NCBI RefSeq assembly: GCF_036365525.1
Contig: NC_090399.1
Span: 52,236,430 to 52,300,429, forward strand
Direction: 5' to 3'
Source of the DNA: Heterodontus francisci
Lineage: Eukaryota
Length of the DNA stretch: 64,000 nucleotides
Under the pieces are notes generated by a model. It searched no databases and was not told the origin of the DNA. It saw only the letters and a program-made list of their open reading frames with translations. The translations under genes and the position numbers were made by a program. Of this stretch, positions 53,201-63,843 are shown piece after piece (within the stretch, counting starts at the first letter, position 1; every line of letters begins with the position of its first letter).

Positions 53201-55578
53201 GGTGGGATCTATTGCTGTGATACTGAGCCCGCGGTGGGATCTATTGATGTGATACCGTGCCCGCGGTGGTATCTATTGCTGTGATACTGAGCCCGCGGTG
53301 GGATCTATTGATGTGATACTGAGCCCGTGTTGGATCTATTGCTGTGATACTGATCCCGTGGTGGTATCTATTGCTGTGATACCGAGCCCGTGGTGGAATC
53401 TATACTGTGATACTGAGCCCGCGGTGGGATCTATTGCTGTGATACCGAGCCCGTGGTGGAATCTATTACTGTGATACCGAGCCCGCGGTGGAATCTATTA
53501 CTGTGATACTGAGCCCGTGGTGGAATCTATTACTGTGATACCGAGCCCGCGGTGGGATCTATTGCTGTGATACCGAGCCCGCGGTGGGATCTATTACTGT
53601 GATACGGAGCCCGTGGTGGAATCTATTACTGTGATACCGAGCCCGCGGTGGGATTTATTACTGTGATACTGAGCCCGCACTGGTATCTATTTCTGTGATC
53701 CTGAGCCCGCACTGGTATCTATTACTGTGATACTGAGCCCGCACTGGTATCTATTGCTGTGATACCGAGCCCGCAGTGGGATCTATTGCTGTGATACTGA
53801 GCCCGCGGTGGAATCCAATATTGTGATACCGAGCCCGCAGTGGGATCTATTACTGTGATACTGAGCCTGCAATGGGATCTATTGCTGTGATACCGAGCCC
53901 GCACTGGTATCTATTGCTGTGATACTGAGCCCGCGGTGGAATCTATTGCTGTGATACAGAGCCCGTGGTGGTATCTATTGCTGTGATACAGAGCCCGTGG
54001 TGTTATCCTTTGCTGTGATACCGAGCCCGCACTGGTATCTATTGCCTGTGATACCGAGCCCGCACTGGTATCTATTGCTGTGATACCGAGCCCGCACTGG
54101 TATCTATTACTGTGATACTGAGCCCGCAGTGGGATCTATTGCTTTGATACTGAGCCCGCGGTGGTATCTATTGCTGTGATACTGAGCCCGCACTGGTATC
54201 TATTACTGTGATACTGAGCCCGCAATGGGATCTATTGCTGTGATACCGAGCCCGCAGTGGGATCTATTGCTGTGATACTGAGCCCGCACTGTTATCTATT
54301 ACTGTGATACTGAGCCCGCACTGGTATCTATTACTGTGATACTGAGCCCGCAGTGGGATCTATTACTGTGATACTGAGCCCGCAATGGGATCTATTGCTG
54401 TGATACCGAGCCCGTGGTGGGATCTATTACTGTGATACTCTGCCCGCGGTGGGATCTATTGCTGTGATACCGAGCCCGTGGTGGGATCTATTACTGTGAT
54501 ACCGAGCCCGTGGTGGGATCTATTGCTGTGATACTGGGCCCGCGGTGGGATCTATTACTGTGATACTGAGCCCGCGGTGGGATCTATTGCTGTGATACTG
54601 AGCCCGCGGTGGGATCTATTGCTGTGATACTGAGCCCGCACTGGTATCTATTGCTGTGATACCGAGCCCGTGGTGGGATCTGTTACTGTGATACCGAGCC
54701 CGTGGTGGAATCTATTGCTGTGATACTGAGCCCGCGGTGGGATCTATTGCTGTGATCCTGAGCCCGCGGTGGGATCTATTACTGTGATACTGAGCCCGCA
54801 CTGGTATCTATTGCTGTGATACTGAGCCCGCAGTGGGATCTATTGCTGTGATACTGAGCCCGCGGTGGGATCTATTACTGTGATACTGAGCCCGCACTGG
54901 TATCTATTGCTGTGATACTGAGCCCGCGGTGGGACTTATTACTGTGATACTGAGCCCGCAGTGGGATCTATTGCTGTGATACTGAGCCCGCGGTGGGATC
55001 TATTGCTGTGATACTGAGCCCGCACTGGTATCTATTGCTGTGATACCGAGCCCGTGGTGGAATCTATTACTGTGATACTGAGCCCGCGGTGGGATCTATT
55101 GCTGTGATACCGAGCCCGCGGTGGTATCTATTGCTGTGATACTGAGCCCGCGGTGGGATCTATTACTGTGATACTGAGCCCGCACTGGTATCTGTTGCTG
55201 TGATACTGAGCCCGCTGTGGGATTTATTACTGTGATACTGAGCCCGCGGTGGGATCTATTCCTGAGATACTGAGCCCGCACTGGTATCTATTGCTGTGAT
55301 ACTGAGCCCGTGGTGGGATCTATTGCTGTGATACTGAGCCCGCGGTGGGATCTATTGCTGTGATACTGAGCCCGCAGTGGGATCTATTGCTGTGATACTG
55401 AGCCCGCACTGGTATCTATTGCTGTGATATCGAGCCCGTGGTGGAATCTATTACTGTGATACTGAGCCCGCGGTGGGATCTATTGCTGTGATACTGAGCC
55501 TGCGGTGGGATCTATTGCTGTGATACCGAGCCCGCGGTGGTATCTATTGCTGTGATACTGAGCCCACACTGGGATCTA
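44291..55578. repeat. 32-bp satellite main array (about 11.3 kb) with 990-bp and 4125-bp higher-order duplications
   Basis: Unit GGATCTATTGCTGTGATACTGAGCCCGCGGTG; variant monomers recur at offsets of 990 and 4125 bp. Confidence 0.97.
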
Positions 55579-55641
55579 CTCACGTAATAAAGGGACTTTT
55601 TCCATTAACAATCAATTTTTGAATTTCTGTTGACTTGACAG

Positions 55642-55917
55642 GAATTCACACTTTCCAATGGATAAGAACTGTTGAGATCACTGACAACGGCTCCATTAAG
55701 AGATCGATGCGTTTTGGATATGATGGAAAGGATTATATTAGTTTAGAACCTGACAGAATGAAATGGGTTGCAACCAATCAGAATGCAGTGAAGACCAAGG
55801 AGAAATGGGATTCTGATGAATCCTGGAACAATTATTGGAAATGGAATTTGGAAGTAGAACTTGTTGAACGTTTAAAACTACGTTTACACTTTGGAAAGGA
55901 ATATCTCCAAAGGAAAG
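55642..55917 (+). CDS. MHC class I-like exon 3, alpha2 domain (no cysteines)
   Basis: ttgacag acceptor, G|GTATT donor, 276 nt. Translates GIHTFQWIRTVEITDNGSIKRSMRFGYDGKDYISLEPDRMKWVATNQNAVKTKEKWDSDESWNNYWKWNLEVELVERLKLRLHFGKEYLQRK. Confidence 0.95.
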
Positions 55918-56034
55918 GTATTTATTTCAGTTTTTACCCCATGTTCTGATCTAACATCACTAATCTATGAATCCATTATCCTGTTCCATTCAGTGTTTGT
56001 GTATTGTTTGTGTTTTTATCCTTTCCCATTACAG

Positions 56035-56313
56035 TTCAGCCTGAAGTGTTCATCTCCAGAAGTGACCCCAATAGTCAGTACAAGCCTCTCACTCTCTCCT
56101 GCCTGGTTACTGGATTTTATCCTGTAGTCATTGAGGTGAACTGGCTAAGGAATGGAGAGGTAATGTCTGAGAGTCAATCCTCGGGGGTGCGACCGAACCA
56201 CGATGGGACCCATCAGATCCAGAAAGAGATTGAAATAAATGCTGGGGAAGAGGATCAATACTCCTGTCGAATTGATCACAGCAGCCTGGCAGAGGCCAAG
56301 CTCTCTCAGTGGG
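56035..56313 (+). CDS. MHC class I-like exon 4, alpha3 (Ig C1-set) domain
   Basis: Polypyrimidine tract plus ttacag acceptor, G|GTAAG donor. Translates VQPEVFISRSDPNSQYKPLTLSCLVTGFYPVVIEVNWLRNGEVMSESQSSGVRPNHDGTHQIQKEIEINAGEEDQYSCRIDHSSLAEAKLSQW, with both Ig cysteines and the core Trp. Confidence 0.97.
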
Positions 56314-57371
56314 GTAAGGAACTGCCCTGGATGTGTGTGAGAGGAGAGACAGAGAATGAGAGAGAGAGTGGGTGTGAGCGAGAGGGGAGAATGAATGAGA
56401 TATAGATTGTAATGGACAGGAGAAACTGAGACTGTGGCAAGGAAACAGATTCAAAAAAATGAATAGAAGAGTGGAACTGGGTAAATTAAAATAAAAGACA
56501 TCACCAAGCAAATAATATTTTTGGATTTATCCCATGTTTGGCTGCAGGAGTTTTGAACTGACTTACATTGCTATGTTGCCGTTAAAGTAAATTTAGCAGA
56601 CAAGTGGTTAAATCCACCCAGCGAACAAGCTTTCTAGGAAAACTTGTTCGATCAGCAACTGGGATTTTATAAAGTGGCTGTCTGAATTGTGTTTTTCACA
56701 AACCACATCAGTTGGAGACATGGGGATTTCTTGGTACTGTGCTGACAAACACACATCCAATATTACGATGGCCTCAACCCCCAGAGCAAAGCACGAGGTG
56801 GCTGCTCGGAGCCCAGAAATTAGAACGTGGGGCAAGTTTTGCTTGGTTTCTCCAGTAGCTGGTGAGTGTTCTACTTTTGTCTTCAAGCTAGGAGACTGTA
56901 ACTTGCTATCACTTTACTAAATCAGTAACTAGTTAACTAATCAAATAAATAATAAGTTTCAACAGATATGGCAAGGCAGGTGGTGTGCCATGACTGCAAC
57001 ATGTGGGAGTTTGTGCAAAGTATTGCAGCCTTGGACAACCATATCTGCGCTAAGTGCCTGCAGTTTGAGCAAATCAGGCTCAGAGTTGAACTAAAGTCCA
57101 AGTTGCAGACATTGCAGAGTATCAGGGAGAGGTGGGGGTGGTGGTGCGGGGGGCAGTGTGGTGGTGTGGGGAGTTACCTGGACATTTTATTCAGGAGGCA
57201 GTCACATCCCTTAGGTTAAGTAGAACTTTAAAGTTGGTCAATGGTCAGGGACCGGAGGATGTGATTGAGTGTCAGGCAGGTATGGGGATCCAGGATGTAG
57301 TGATGAGGGAGCCTCGGCCCTTGACTTTGACCAATGGGTACGAGGTATTTGCTACCTGTGTAGATGAGAAC

Positions 57372-58155
57372 AAGGCCCCAAACACTCCTTTCAGGTGAAG
57401 CAGCGATTTACTTGTACTTCTTTCAATGTAGTATACTGTATTCGTTTCTCACAATGTGGTCTCCTCTACATTGGGTGACCGCTTTGCAGTGCGAAAGCAT
57501 GACCCCGAGCTTCCGGTTGCTTGCCATTTTAACATCTACCCCTCCCCCCCTCCCCGCCGCTCTCATGCTCACATCTCTGTCCTGGGAAAACTGCAGTGTT
57601 CCAGTGAACATCAATGCAAGCACAAGGAACAGCATCTCATCGACTGATTAGGCACACTACAGCCTGAACATTGAGTTCAATAATTTCAGAGCATGACAGA
57701 CCCCCCTTTTTATTTTTAGTTTTTTTTTCTTTAATTTTTTATTTCTTTATTTTATTTTAGTTTATTTCTACTGTGCCCAGTCACTGCTTTTTTCATGTTT
57801 GTACTTGGGGCCAGGGCTGTTCATTTTACAGTCAATTGACACCCTCTCTGTACTAACGCTTTGTCTTCCAGCGCACCATTAACATACCGTTTGCATTTGT
57901 TCCATGACCTTCTGGTCAGTTCTTCTCTGTGACCGGGTCCTATCAACACCTCTTTTGTTATCTCTTGCCCCACTGCCGCTTTACTTGCTTGAAACCTTTT
58001 ATATTTCTAATATTTGTCAGTTCTGAAGAAGGGTCACTGACCTGAAACATTAACTCTGCTTCTCTCTCCCAAGATGCTGCCAGACCTGCTGAGTATTTCC
58101 GGCATTTTTGTTTTTATTTCAGATTTCCAGCATCTGCAGAATTTTGCTTTTCTTT
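57372..58155 (+). mobile_element. Second Penelope-like GIY-YIG fragment plus terminal repeat
   Basis: Collinear with 42084-42860 but more decayed. Confidence 0.88.
58019..58055 (+). ncRNA. Minimal hammerhead ribozyme-like motif
   Basis: AGTT-CTGAAGA-A-GGGTC-ACT-GACCT-GAAA-CATT-AACT; canonical CUGANGA and GAAA boxes. Confidence 0.5.
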
Positions 58156-60264
58156 TAGTATAGTTAGGGGGATAGGTTCAGTTCTCTGCAGCTGTGACTG
58201 GGAGTTCCAAAGGTTGTGATGCCTGCCTAGTGCCAGTGTTAGAGGCATTTCCTCATAGCTGGAGATGGACTTGGAGTCGGAGGGGGAGGATCCAACTTTC
58301 GTGGCCCACATAGAAAGAACTAGGAGTGATGTTCTGCTGAGAAACTTTGAGGAGTTAGGATCCAAATTAAAATGCAGAATCTCAAAGATTATAATCTCTG
58401 CATTATTACCTTAACTACATGCCAATTGGCATAGAGTCAAGCAGATTCCAGAATTAAGCATGTGGCTCCGAGAGTGGTGTGGCAAGAAGGGGTTTGCTTC
58501 ATGGGGCACTGGCACCAGTAGTTGGGAAAGAGGGAGCTGTTGCATTGGGATGGAATGTGCTTCAACCAGGCTGGGACCAGTGTCCTGACGAATTGTATAA
58601 CTAGGGCTGTGGATAGGGTTTTAAACTAACAAAGGGTTGGAAGGGTTCAGGTGAAGGAAGATTTAGAAATCTGAAGAGAAAAGTCGAGCCAAAAGAGCAG
58701 TGTAGTGATTTGGGTAAAGACAAACAGAGTAGGACAGGAAGTGACAGAGTTTAACGGCAATAGTGCATCAGTGAATAAGGTCCATGCAAAGAATAGTCGT
58801 AAAAAAATATAATTAACATCTCTTTATCTGAATGGGTGAAGCATTCGTAATAATGTAGATGAACTCATGGCATGAATAGAGATAAAGGGTTTTGTTCTAA
58901 TCACCATTACAGTGACATGGTTACAAGGTGACCAAGATTGGGAAATACGTTTTCCAAGGTACACAAGATTTCGAAAAGACAGACAGAATGGAAAAGGAGG
59001 AGGAGTAGCCCTATAGTAAAGGATGACATAAGGACAGTATTGAGATAGGATCTTGGCTCAGAGGATCAGGAAGTAGAATCAGTATAGGTGGAGATTAGGA
59101 ATAACAAGGGTCATAAAACGCTCGTGGGAGTAGTTTATAGGCCCCCTAATAGTAGTTATATAATTGGACAGAGTATTAAGCAAGAAATAATTGGACACTG
59201 TAATAAAGCCAATCTAATAATTGTGGAGCATTTTAATCTTCATATGGACTGGACAAATACAAATTAGCAAAGGTGATCTGGAAGATGAGTTTGTAGAATG
59301 CTGTCCCAACAGTTTCCTGGAAAAATACATCGTGGAACCAAACTTGGAGTAAACCTATTTTATATCTTGTATTGTGCAATCAGGTGGCTTTAACTAGTAA
59401 TCTCATAGTAAAAGATTGGCTTGGATAAAGTAATTATAATTGAATTGGATGTGCTCTACAAGGAACACAGAAAGTTAGCATACAGGTACAGCAAGCAATT
59501 AGGAAGGCAAATGGAATGTTGGCCTTTATTGTAAAGGATTAGAGTACATGAATAAGGAAGTCTTGCTACAATAGTACAGGGATTTGGTGAGACCACCCCT
59601 GGAATACTGTGCGCAAGGATGAAATACTTACATTGGAGGCAGCACAGCGAAGGTTCACTATGTTGGTTTCTCAGGTGAGAGGGTTGTCCGATGATGAGAA
59701 GCTGAGTAAATTGGGCCTATACTTTCTGGAGTTTAGAAGTATGTGAGGTGGTCTCATTGAAACATACAAGATTATGAAGGGGCTTGATATGGTAGATACT
59801 GAGGCATCGTTTCCCATGGCCGGGGAATCTAAAACATGGCAGCACAGTCCCAGGGCAAGGGGAGGATCATTTAAGGACTAAGATGAGGAGACATTTCTTC
59901 ACTCTGTTTACCACAGAGGGCAGTGGATTCTCCATCACTGAGACAGATTTTTGGTCTCTCAGGGAATCAAGGGATCTGGGGAGTGGGCAGGAAAGTGGAA
60001 TTGAAGCCCAAGATCAGCCATGATCAGCACCTTTCCTACTTACTCGGGTTGTTTGCCCAATCAGCCTCGTGTCCCTCTGTCCCAGCTCAGAACTGCCTGA
60101 TCTGATCCTCATTTCACCGTCAGCATAACCCCAGTGTGCTCCTCCTCAATCCCTCTTCTAGAGGCAGATTTTCTTCATTCTCTGAAAGGCAATATGGCAA
60201 ATTAGATCACAAACCCATGATAAAACATATCTGATTGTCAATTGAAATTGTTGTAATGGAATCC

Positions 60265-62045
60265 AAAGGGGGTTTGATAGAGGGGTTCTCTAATGGGTAA
60301 TAATCCAGGGGGGTTTGACAGAGGGGTTCTGTAATGAGATATAATCCAGGGCGGTTTGACAGAGGGGTTCTGTAATGGGTAATAATCCAGGGAGGTTTGA
60401 TAGAGGGGTTCTCTAATGGGTAATAATCCAGGGGGGTTTCATAGAGGGGTTCTCTAATGGGTAATAATCCAGGGGGGTTTCATAGAGGGGTTCTCTAATG
60501 GGTAATAATCCAGGGGGGTTTCATAGAGGGGTTCTCTAATGGGTAATAATCCAGGGGGGTTTGATAGAGGGGTTCTCTAATGGGTAATAATCCAGGGGGG
60601 TTTCATAGAGGGGTTCTCTAATGGGTAATAATTCAGGGAGGTTTGATAGAAGGGTTCTCTAATGGGTAATAATTCAGGGAGGTTTGATAGAAGGGTTCTC
60701 TAATGGGTAATAATTCAGGGGGTTTGAAAGAGGGGTTCTCTAATGGGTAATATTCCAGGGGGGTTTGATAGAGGGGTTCTCTAATGGTTAATAATCCGGG
60801 GGTTTGATAGAGGGGTTCTCTAATGGGTAATAATTCAGGGAGGTTTAATAGAAGGGTTCTCTAATGGGTAATAATTCAGGGAGTCTAAAAGAGGGGTTCT
60901 CTAATGGGTAATAATCCAGGGCGTTTGATAGAGGGGTTCTCTAATGGGTAATAATCAAGGGGGGTTTGATAGAGGGGTTCTCTAATGGGCAATATTCCAG
61001 GGGGGTTTGATAGAGGGGTTCTCTAATGGTTAATAATCAAGGGGGTTTGATAGAGGGGTTCTCTAATGGGTAATATTCCAGGGGGGGGGGGGGTTGACAG
61101 AGGGGTTCTCTAATGGGTAATAATCTAGGGGGTTTGATAGAGGGGTTCTCTAATGGGTAATAATCCAGGGGGGTTTGATAGAGGGGTTCTCTAATGGATA
61201 ATATTCCAGGGGGGTTTGACAGAGGGGTTCTCTAATGGGTAATATTCCGGGGGGTTTGATAGAGGGGTTCTCTAATGGGTAATAATCCAGGGGGGTTTGA
61301 TAGAGGGGTTCTCTAATGGATAATATTCCAGGGGGGTTTGACAGAGGGGTTCTCTAATGGGTAATAATCTAGGGGGTTTGATAGAGGGGTTCTCTAATGG
61401 GTAATAATCCAGGGGGGTTTGATAGAGGGGTTCTCTAATGGATAATATTCCAGGGGGGTTTGACAGAGGGGTTCTCTAATGGGTAATATTCCAGGGGGTT
61501 TGATAGAGGGGTTCTCTAATGGGTAATAATCCAGGGGGGTTTGATAGAGGGGTTCTCTAATGGATAATATTCCAGGGGGGTTTGACAGAGGGGTTCTCTA
61601 ATGGGTAATATTCCGGGGGGTTTGATAGAGGGGTTCTCTAATGGGTAATAATCCAGGGGGGTTTGATAGAGGGGTTCTCTAATGGATAATATTCCAGGGG
61701 GGTTTGACAGAGGGGTTCTCTAATGGGTAATATTCCGGGGGGTTTGATAGAGGGGTTCTCTAATGGGTAATAATCCAGGGGGGTTTGATAGAGGGGTTCT
61801 CTAATGGATAATATTCCAAGGGGGATTGACAGAGGGGTTCTCTAATGGGTAATGTTCCGGGGTGGGGGGTTGATAGAGGGGTTCTCTAATGGGTAATAAT
61901 CCAGGGGGGTTTGATAGAGGGGTTCTCTAATGGGTAATATTCCAGGGGGGTTTGACAGAGGGGTTCTCTAATGGGTAATAATCCAGGGGGTTTGATAGAG
62001 GGGTTTTCTAATGCTTAATAATCCAGGGGGGTTTGATAGAGGTTG
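60265..62045. repeat. 41-bp G-run satellite
   Basis: Unit GATAGAGGGGTTCTCTAATGGGTAATAATCCAGGGGGGTTT; about 122-bp trimeric higher-order unit from about 61190. Confidence 0.95.
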
Positions 62046-62087
62046 TTTTTGGGCTGGTGAGACATGAAATGATGGCACTGGAGATTG

Positions 62088-62260
62088 ACTGGTCAGCCCC
62101 GAGACACTGGGACTGGGGGATGGGGGATGGGCTGGTCAGCCCCGAGACACACTGGGACTGGGGAATGGGCTGGTCAGACCTGAGACACTGGGACTGGGGG
62201 ATGGGGGATGGGGGATGGGCTGGTCAGCCCCGAGACACACTGGGACTGGGGGATGGGGGA
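62088..62260. repeat. Short G-rich tandem repeat (about 4 copies, about 40-50 bp)
   Basis: GAGACACTGGGACTGGGGGATGGG..CTGGTCAGCCCC. Confidence 0.75.
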
Positions 62261-63077
62261 AATTAATATCCTGAGAAAAGTTTGTAGAAACATCCCAATA
62301 ATTCTATGCATTAAATTCAGTCAGGAGGTAGTCATGTTCATGACACATGCAGTGAGTGTGACAGAACTGAGTGATAAATACAAGTATGTGTGCACAATGA
62401 ATAGTTAAGAAAGAACTCTCAGATAAATGTAACACATTTCCAGTCTGTTACACTTACATTGAGGGAATTTGAAGCAATCTTGTTCAGAGCAAATATTTTG
62501 CAGCTGATTAATGCTCATAGACACTTCATTTCCCACAATCACTAAACAGAGAATGTCAATCATTTAAAAGATGCAGAGAGACTCCCAACAATAGAAATAA
62601 CTTCACAAACAATCTTAGAAAACATTAAAGAGAAGCCAGACCTTTCTTCCTGGTTTCTGACCTAAAGCCCCCAGAGCTAACAATCTATTCAGTTTCAAGC
62701 TAATTCCAATCTCAGAATTCTCTGAATGTGCAGCAATGAGTCTGTGTTTACTTAATAACCATTAGATTTTGTGGCTTAAGTGGACACAGCTGCACATGAA
62801 CAGAGCAATTCGCAAGGAAAGACTTACATTTTCATAGCGTCTTTCATTAACTCAGAATATCCTAAAGCTCTTTACAGCTTTTTGAAGTGTAGTTACTGCT
62901 GTAATATAGGAAATGCATCAGAATATTTACACACTGCAACCTCCCACAAACATTAATTTAATAGTGACTGGAAAATATTTTGGCCAGGACAGCAGGGAGA
63001 ACTTCCCTGCCCTTCTTCGAAATAGTGCCATGGGATATTTAAATCCATCTGAGAGGGCAGACTGGGGCGTATTTTAA

Positions 63078-63556
63078 CAAAGTGATTACTGACAACGCAG
63101 CCAGCAGCTTACGTCATCCGACTGCGCCAATCTGCGCACATGCGTAGTTTGGTCCCTACCCTCTGTGCATGCGCTGCATTCCTCAGTGCCAGGACTGGTT
63201 GGCGCATGCGCAGATGACATCATCATGTAACGTGGGCAGATGGGGTTGCCGTGCCCGCCCGCTCACTGCCCCCCTCCCCGACCGCACGCTCACCGCCCTC
63301 TTGCCACACCCCCGACCGCTGGCTCGCCCGCCCGCCCGCTCGCCCCCTCCCCTCCCTGGCCCACTCGCGCTCTCCCCTCCGGCCATTGTGTGCTGCCATG
63401 TGTTTAGGTTGTCATCATGTGATTATTTGAGCAGTGCCATCTTTAACCCTGGCAGCTGCCTGACATTGCAGACTGTGACGTTTTAGTGGCACAGGCTGCT
63501 TTTGTGCATGTGCCATTGCAGCGCCACCTGGTGGTGGCATTGTCAGCAAATGCAGC
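63078..63556. mobile_element. 479-bp CpG-rich insertion flanked by 10-bp direct repeat CGTATTTTAA
   Basis: Direct repeat at 63068-63077 and 63557-63566; imperfect subterminal inverted repeats CTGACAACGC / GCATTGTCAG. Confidence 0.7.
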
Positions 63557-63592
63557 CGTATTTTAATGTCTCGTAGAACGATGGCAACTGAT

Positions 63593-63843
63593 AGTGCGGC
63601 ACTCCCTCAGTACTGACCCTCCGACAGTGCGGCACTCCCTCAGTACTGACCCTCCGACAGTGCGGCACTCCCTCAGTACTGACGCTCCGACAGTGCGGCA
63701 CTCCCATGTACTGACCCTCCGACAGTGCGGCACTCCCTCAGTACTGGCCCTCCGACAGTACGGCACTCCCATGTACTGACCCTCCAACAGTGCGGCACTC
63801 CCTCAGTACTGGCCCTCCGACAGTGCGGCACTCCCTCAATACT
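63593..63843. repeat. 33-bp minisatellite derived from the SINE body
   Basis: Unit CAGTGCGGCACTCCCTCAGTACTGACCCTCCGA, about 7.5 copies. Confidence 0.9.

Larger units (their letters stand above)
22465..56313 (+). other. Non-classical MHC class I-like heavy chain gene (leader + alpha1 + alpha2 + alpha3 exons; TM/cytoplasmic exons not found in window)
   Basis: Four exons join in one open frame with phase-1 GT-AG introns (13632, 19232 and 117 bp). Exon sizes 52/261/276/279 nt match class I architecture. Motifs seen: YDSD, EYW, NQT, HTFQ, YDGKDY, TKEKW, CLVTGFYP, YSCRIDH. Confidence 0.95.
56530..60025 (+). mobile_element. Old CR1 LINE (ORF1 zinc finger, esterase, APE, deleted RT, 3' end), interrupted by a Penelope element
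   Basis: MARQVVCHDCNMWEF..ICAKCLQ; KIIISALLP; ITVTWLQG; VGVVYRPPN; VRPPLEYCA. Confidence 0.8.

Noticed and set aside
43127-55578. CRISPR-like regular 32-bp repeats and 376-384 aa ORFs
   Set aside because: Head-to-tail monomers with no unique spacers, no cas genes, eukaryotic context; the ORFs come from the GC-rich satellite domain.
36149-56313. Assigning a gene symbol (UAA, UBA, UCA, UDA, UEA, CD1, MR1, ZAG)
   Set aside because: Classical UAA is excluded by loss of anchors and the disulfide; choosing among non-classical lineages needs a phylogeny.
60085-60104. Possible short terminal exon after TCCCTCTGTCCCAG (would add AQNCLI-stop to alpha3)
   Set aside because: AG plus pyrimidine tracts are common; no hydrophobic segment, clear polyA signal or other support.
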